Source of the DNA: Porphyridium purpureum
Taxonomy: Eukaryota
Direction of reading: 5' to 3'
Assembly (NCBI GenBank): GCA_008690995.1
Contig: VRMN01000008.1
Location: 806,001 to 870,000 of the forward strand
Length of the DNA: 64,000 bases
Shown here one piece after another: positions 57,621 through 64,000 of this stretch; position 1 is the stretch's first letter, and each line of letters starts with the position of its first letter. A program made the translations under genes and the position numbers. The notes beneath the pieces were generated by a model, which made no database searches, was not told where the DNA came from, and was given only the letters and a program-made list of their open reading frames with translations.

Positions 57621-59234
57621 ATGGACAATTGCAAGCGTCGTGCAATGGCTTCGTGGTTGCTCCTCCTTTGTGTACTGCATGTCCTCGTCCGACGCACGCA
57701 GGCCCTGTCGAATGCAGGTATTGTTTACGCCATTGAGCGCGACAACGTGCAAAAGAATATTTTTGCGCTGGACTTTTCCGCCGGTGTAGGTATGGAGCAG
57801 ACTACCACGCTGGTCGCAAACATGACAAAGGCCGCCGCCGATGATCCAGATGGGTTCCCTATGGATTGCTTTGGGTACGAGAATGGAGTGACGCGCACAG
57901 GACCGCTGTACGAATTCTCACCGAATGGACTGGCGTACGATGGCGACTCGCGCCTGTATTTCGTCGCATTTGACCAATATGGCATGACGACATCACGACT
58001 GTGCTTCTACTCAATTGTGACCGATTCGTTCGAGTTTGCTGTCAACCTTGGCGAGCCTGTGATGGGTGCCGCCTTTGACGCGAAAACCTACCAGTATGTG
58101 TGGATCGACCAAGGCGAGCAGCAAAACATGGGCGGTATTCTGGTCCTCCAGTTCGCGCGACTGGACAGAACGACGGGCCAGATCATGGAGCGGGTGACCA
58201 ACACCATGTTCCGCAACGTGACAACGGACCCGAATGCACCGGCTGCCGAGTTGCCGTTCACGTTCCGAGGCGGCGATATGGCAATCAACTGCGACGGCAT
58301 GCTGTACGGCAGCAGCGTCGGGACGGGCGGTGGCTTCAAATACTTCTTTACAATCGACTTGAACTATGCTGCCGGAGACCTCGGCGCAACTCCTGGTATG
58401 GCGTACGAGTACCGACTCATCCACGCAGACCCACCTGATGACCCCAGTCAGGTGAGCACATTGACCGGGTTTGCAACTGCAGATCAGCTGGCGTTTGACA
58501 TGGCGGGGAGATTGATTAGCCAAGACAGCGAGCTTGGCGTCTTTAGTGTCGTGGACCCTGCGACAGGAGCAAATGGTGAGCTGGGCGTCGAGGGTGTGGA
58601 TTACATCCGGCTGTATGAGATGGGCATGCTGCGCACGTTTGCAGACCTTTCCTCCTCTCTGAGCTGCGAAGTGCCAACGCCAACGCCAACTCCAACGCCA
58701 ACGGCAATGCCAACTCCAACGCCAACGGCAATGCCAACTCCAACGCCAACGGCAATGCCAACTCCAACGCCAACGGCAATGCCAACGCCAACGCCAACGG
58801 CAATGCCAACGCCAACGCCAACGCCTCAATACTGTTGCTCGCCAGATGACGAAGGCGCAGTCTGCGAGATGGCGTCAGACATGCCGGAAGAAAGCTCGGA
58901 CAGCGACTATGAGAGCATGAAAATGGGTGCGAGCATGCGCAAGCACAGCAACCGCGGCCACGGCCACGGCCATGGCCACGGCCATGGTCATGGTCAGCAC
59001 TGCCGCTGCAGCTCATCCTCCGACTCGGACGAAGAGGTGCCATGTTGCCCATGCTTATGCCCGCGACCGCCGCCAAAGCCTCCAGTGTGTGAAAGCGAAA
59101 GTAGCGGCAAAAGCAGCAGCGAAAGTAGCGGCAAAAGCAGCAGCGAAAGTAGCGGCAAAGGCAGCGGCAAAGGCAGCGGCAAAGGCAGTGGGAGCGAATC
59201 GGAATCTGACGCCAAAGTGGCGAAGAGGAAGTAG
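57621..59234 (+). CDS. Secreted protein: propeller-like N-terminal domain, PTPTPTAM mucin-like linker, Cys/His and Ser-Gly-Lys tail
   Basis: Signal peptide (ASWLLLLCVLHVLVRRTQA); repeated GLAYD/GAAFD/DMAIN/QLAFD strands; 24-bp repeats at 58672-58824. Start inferred from the paralogue (alternative ATG at 57603). Confidence 0.85.
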   Translation: MDNCKRRAMASWLLLLCVLHVLVRRTQALSNAGIVYAIERDNVQKNIFALDFSAGVGMEQTTTLVANMTKAAADDPDGFPMDCFGYENGVTRTGPLYEFSPNGLAYDGDSRLYFVAFDQYGMTTSRLCFYSIVTDSFEFAVNLGEPVMGAAFDAKTYQYVWIDQGEQQNMGGILVLQFARLDRTTGQIMERVTNTMFRNVTTDPNAPAAELPFTFRGGDMAINCDGMLYGSSVGTGGGFKYFFTIDLNYAAGDLGATPGMAYEYRLIHADPPDDPSQVSTLTGFATADQLAFDMAGRLISQDSELGVFSVVDPATGANGELGVEGVDYIRLYEMGMLRTFADLSSSLSCEVPTPTPTPTPTAMPTPTPTAMPTPTPTAMPTPTPTAMPTPTPTAMPTPTPTPQYCCSPDDEGAVCEMASDMPEESSDSDYESMKMGASMRKHSNRGHGHGHGHGHGHGQHCRCSSSSDSDEEVPCCPCLCPRPPPKPPVCESESSGKSSSESSGKSSSESSGKGSGKGSGKGSGSESESDAKVAKRK

Positions 59235-60871
59235 ATAAGAAAGCAGGACAGCAAGTCAGGACATATTTTACATGTGGAAGAGAAATGCATGATTGTGTGA
59301 TTGGAGAATTAAAAAAGACAATGTGCCCTTACAAAACTTGCGTTCTCTGACAATGGGGTATGTTTCTGGAGTTAAGCATTTCGAATCGTTGCCTTGTATT
59401 CCCCTCCGACATTCTCGCGCGGATACGTTCTGTATCCGATGAGAACGTGCAAAAAGTAAAGGCAGTGCACTTTTGCACATTAGGTTCACGCGCATGATTC
59501 CTTCGCGAGACATTCATTAAACAGAGCACGACAGAAAGACATCGCGCCGCTCACGCACGAAATCTGTGGCTAGAGTCGCATATGATATAGCTGTTGCCAT
59601 ACTGAAGCAGCCAAGCATGTTGCTCCGGCGCAAGGACTCACAACTTCACCCTACAAACCCGCTTCTTTCGCAGCGACGAAACGCATAGTAAATGTTGCAA
59701 CTGTAGTGTTCACTCGCACTGAAGATGTCACTAGTCGCAGTAGACTGCATACGTTTATTTAAGCCCCTGTTTTCGCGGGGCTCGGACGAGCGACTGGAGA
59801 AGGGACGGTAGGAGTGGATAGCATAAAAGAAGTTTACAAGTATTGCCAAGAGCAACTTTGATTTCCGCACCGGGAGCCATTGCGTGGGTGTCCACTGCGT
59901 GGCTACGCTTGTGGGATAACATCAAGCGCTTCCCCTCCTCACATCAGTACGAGCACGTTGCCGTGCTCCTACGTGTTGTATCGGACAGTAAAATATGCAT
60001 TCTTGTGATAAACTATTTCTGCAGTAGAGCAGCGTGATTTGCACAGCCTGGCTCGTGATTTGGGGGTCAACCTGTACCTAGTATCGAGCGCGGGTGTTCT
60101 GCTCCGGTAAGCTGAGTGAGCCACTACATGCATGTCGCGGCAGACGATGCAGGCTCATGCTCATGCTCATGTGTGCCCGCATTGGGCGACAGCAGAGCTG
60201 TCGTGAGCCGTCGTCGACGGCGCCACACAGATAAATAAGCACACCACTTCACCCCTGCCGCAGGCGCAACCACTTCGCTTTAAGGTAGAGAGATCTAGAG
60301 TGTGGAGACTAAGCGGTTGCTTTTGGGAATCTGCATGGTTCGGTCTTTCGGCAGCGAACTTCGGTTTATTGTTCTTCCACATCACGTAATAAGCCTATCC
60401 ACTAAAGGCTTTCTTGTGGCCGCGCGTGCACTGTACTTTCACAGATCGTTTCCCCCCCGCCCCTTGTGAATGTTGGCGTGGGAATCAGTGGGTGCTGTAC
60501 TTTCGGTAGAGTGTGCACGAAGCGTCCGGCGAATCATCGTCTACTTGCGTGACAAGGTGAAAGAAATGGGCGATTCGGTGGACCGAGTGATACTTAAGTA
60601 TCACGGCAGACGGAGCGGCCGGCGTGAGGTAAGGGCGAAGAGGTAGATTTATATCTTTTTGCCGCCAGGGGGTGTAAAAGGACTACGTTCAACATTTTGA
60701 GGATAAAAGTGGCTCCTCCTGTGCGCGGAGTTTCAACACAAAAACATGCACAACTTCCTTCGACGTGGGACGCGCGGAAGTGAGCTTAACGGGTTAGCGT
60801 ACCGGCGTGTGCGGAAACGATTGCGTGGGTGCGGCGCTAATCGAGACACGGGGCGGAAGCAACCAAGCACC

Positions 60872-62330
60872 ATGGCGGGTCGCGTAAAGAGAAATCTGGT
60901 CGACGCAGAGGACAAGGGGGCCACGGAGGGCCTACCCTTGCTCAATTACAACGCTGCCGACATGAGGCCGGCGGTGGAAGTCATCGATTGGTTGCGTGAA
61001 GTGGGAAATTTCGCACCAAAGAATTTGGTCCATTGGGGACAATATTTGACATGAATAATGCTAGGTACCCGGATGGCCCCGGTGTACCTGAAGACGAGGA
61101 ACCGTCCACCTGGCGAGCACGCGTGTCATGATACGCTCCACCTCACTGTCCCTTCCACTGCACCACTAAACAGTACCCAATACACCCCACCCTCGTTCTA
61201 ATTGGGGCCTCCACTTATTCCAGGGTTTCCACAGTAGGGTAGGTTAGAGTATTTAAGCGCGTCGCCCACGGCGCGCTTGTTGTTTTGTAAAAGGAGGGCC
61301 GATTGGGCCAGTGGGAGTGGGGTATAACTTGGGTGCTCCGTAGCTGTGAGGCTGGGGGTGGGGGGCAAGTAGCGTCGTGGGTCGCGCGGGACCGTGACGT
61401 GGCACGCGATCTAGCAAAGTTGCAGCTGACCGCAGCGCTGAAGTGGAACTCGGACATAAAACTGGCCAGATCAAAGTTGTACGCTGTTATGAGAGGTCCG
61501 CTGTCAGTCTCGTCAGTGGAAGCTATGAGCGCGAGGGCCCAGTGGGAGCAGCTTGAAATTGGTCGTGATGATCCGCTAGGACTAAAAAACCTGAGCGTCG
61601 TAGTACACCTGGCTCCGCCCGGGGCAACAGCAGACCGTTGCCGAGCATTCGCCCGCGAGCGTTTCCAGCTCGTTCGCATGGGAAACAACGAGGCCCTAGG
61701 GGCATTCAAGGGGCGCTTGGAAGCCGCGATGATGGGCATGACTTTGGTGGGCGAACCAGAGTTGACCGCCTCTCGCCAGGCCGAGGAGTTTCTGCATCGA
61801 CTTGAGAAAAGCCGATTCGCTCAGGCCGTGAGACAGGCGTTCAACAACCAGCGGATGTTTGGGAATGTCCGTGAGATTATGATCTATCTCAGCACGTACA
61901 AATATGCGGCGGCATCGGCCATCGCCCTGTCCACGCAGGTGTTGAGGGCTGGGACTGACGAGTACGAAGCTACACGGCTGGCAGAAGGACGCGGGACCAT
62001 GCCTTCCGCTGTGAGGCGCACTGCAAACGGAGACCCAATACAGTGTCGCTATTGTGACGGCTTGGGTCATATTGCGAGGATATGCAAAGTTAAGGCTCGA
62101 GACGCGCAGATAAACGAGCTGGTAAGCAAGCTCGAAGAGTGTCGGCGGGAAATCAAGGGACTGAAGGAAGGCATGGATGCGAAGAAATGAGGGCGCGGCC
62201 CGTTGCACGTTCGCGTGCACCGGGCGACGGAAAGGCTGCTCGGTGGTGTCGGGCTGGACACAATGGCGTCCATACATGTGTTCGCAAACAAGGGTGTTCT
62301 GGTGCTACGATCAACTCGGGTCACACTAAG
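60872..62330 (+). mobile_element. Truncated Copia-type gag-protease relic with a ~250-bp insertion
   Basis: CRYCDGLGHIARIC knuckle and GLDTMASIHVF protease-like motif. The frame is broken near 61050 and by an insertion at ~61129-61377. Confidence 0.75.
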
Positions 62331-62724
62331 GACCACGCCGGCAAACCTCACAGACACAATACGAAAATCCCACTTCACTTCCTCTTTTCAAATTAGGCGC
62401 GCCGTCGAGAAGCGACGACGCTTATGCTAAAGTGGGACCTTGGAGGTAACTACAATCCCTCAGTTATATTGAAGGCTATCGCTGTACCTAATGCTACAGC
62501 GACCGGGTAGCAAACGGTTTATTGGTCCGACATAACACATCCCCAATACGGACCGAAAGACCTTCATAGGGTTTCCATTGGGTAACGAAATTAAGAAAAA
62601 CATTAACAACGGCAATCAAAAAGGCAACAACAAATGAAAAAACGGTTAAAATGAAAGCATTCCAGGGGCTGCACGGGGTCGGCCAGCGAGGAAGTACGTC
62701 ACACGGTGCGCGCGGCCCTTGCAA

Positions 62725-63021
62725 TGTTATCCGTTCGACCCCAGTGACCTAGAACGGTTCGGTTAATCTGAAAACGGTAAGCCGTTAAACCGGTAGACCG
62801 TTTAACCGTTTCTAGAAGCTTCTAGAGGTTCCAGAACCTTCTACACGTGCGCAGAAATGCCAATGATTTGTATTGTCATTTCTCTTGGCGCCTTGCTGTC
62901 CCTAGCGGAAGTAAGGGTATAAAAAGGCGACGCGCCTGCCCGGACTAGCCGGTCAGGTCTTACTCGGAGAGAGAAGAGATAGGCAGAGAAGCAGAGAGTA
63001 AAAGGCACAGCATTGGTAACA
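62725..63021 (+). repeat. Solo LTR of the gypsy family at 21696-27163, opposite orientation
   Basis: Reverse complement of those LTRs with scattered substitutions (TGTTATCC...GGTAACA); flanks TGCAA and CTCTG do not match. Confidence 0.95.
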
Positions 63022-63059
63022 CTCTGCATATGATGCACCGGAACCACGCACGAACGGGC

Positions 63060-63255
63060 CTCATCCGCGAACAGGGTACAAAACGACATGCTCGTCGACG
63101 ACGAGCTAGCTTGAGTAGTTTAAAAAAGTGGCAAAGATGATGAAAAGTACCAAATGAGAAATTGTATTGTTCTAGGATTGAGTTCCTTGCACCAGTAGAT
63201 TAAGTTCAACCGTGCAAACCCCGCACAGCTGGGATATCATTTCTCATCTCTAGCG
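63060..63255. repeat. Dispersed ~200-bp repeat, copy 2
   Basis: Similar to 17125-17325; a short piece (AGGATTGAG-TCCTTGCA) recurs near 63933. Confidence 0.8.
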
Positions 63256-64000
63256 TAATCCGTGATTCACAGCACGGGCACCTCTTTTTATACCTCAGTC
63301 TCGCGCCCCCGGAACGAGGCGGGCTGAGGCCCGCAAAGCGCGCGCTCGTGGTGGTCCGCTGCGCGCACTGATCGTCGCTTTGATGCCCCCCATTCGCGAT
63401 GACCCCTCGGGTAATCGCGGGTTCAAGCGTGGCGCCCCCACAGGTCATCGTCGAGCTCGTCGCGAGGATTTGGAAGTTTTCTCCACACTCAGCGAGCACT
63501 TTGCTCAGAGTTGCGCTGACCCGACGCTCGCTCGAAGCAGAGCCTCTTGTGTAGGTGTCTTTGTTGCGTGCACTAGACGGGTCGCGTGGCACAAACGTGC
63601 GGTCAGTGCGCGTCAAAATTAGGGCACGCTGTAGGGAAATCCACACAACAGTATCATTCAGACTCGCGCAAGGTAATCGCAGTACCTCGAGCGACTAACG
63701 GCCAGGCGAGACACGCCAGCTCTGCCAGCTGGAGTTCGTGGCGAGACGTTGGCATCTTCGTAGGCCCGAAGGTCGTATAAATGCAGCGGAGTAACCACCG
63801 CCCAAGCGAGGAAAAAAGATAGGTAGCGAAATAGTCGATGGTGTTGACAACTATAAAGTTGACAATTTGTGGAGCTGAAACGGGAGTTTAAGCTATCTAC
63901 TGCCTTGCGGGAGCCTGGCAGAGGACATAGCAAGGATTGAGATCCTTGCAGTGCACTGGGACTCGAGCGGGACGCTCTATCCCAACTTATTTCGCTCAGC

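Overview
Eukaryotic, intron-poor, TE-rich window of moderately high GC. Gene content is consistent with a red alga such as Porphyridium, but this is inference only. From left to right it holds: (1) the right end of a large CAGTCC-terminated DNA element (<1-4917) carrying a divergent gene pair (an ORF running off the window and a ~1140-aa RING protein), densely studded with ATAT-centred perfect palindromes; (2) host-type genes (a myristoylated Tubby-C/LURP-like protein, a DUF285 pseudogene, a secreted protein, an acidic coiled-coil protein); (3) a nested TE stack from ~19.6 to 45.9 kb, in which a decayed Copia-order element is interrupted by an intact Ty3/gypsy element, followed by an LTR element with gypsy-type Gag/protease but Copia-type IN-RT-RH plus a Myb-like domain, itself split by a complete 9.4-kb Plavaka/CMC-type transposon with cargo genes (CAGTCC TIRs, 2-bp CG TSD, in-frame empty site); (4) a Cys-rich secreted gene, a HisHF pseudogene, one intact and one decayed Tc1 element, a tandem gene/pseudogene pair of secreted Pro/Thr-rich proteins, a Copia gag relic and a TSD-less solo LTR. 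All calls come from reading motifs by eye, and counts are manual.
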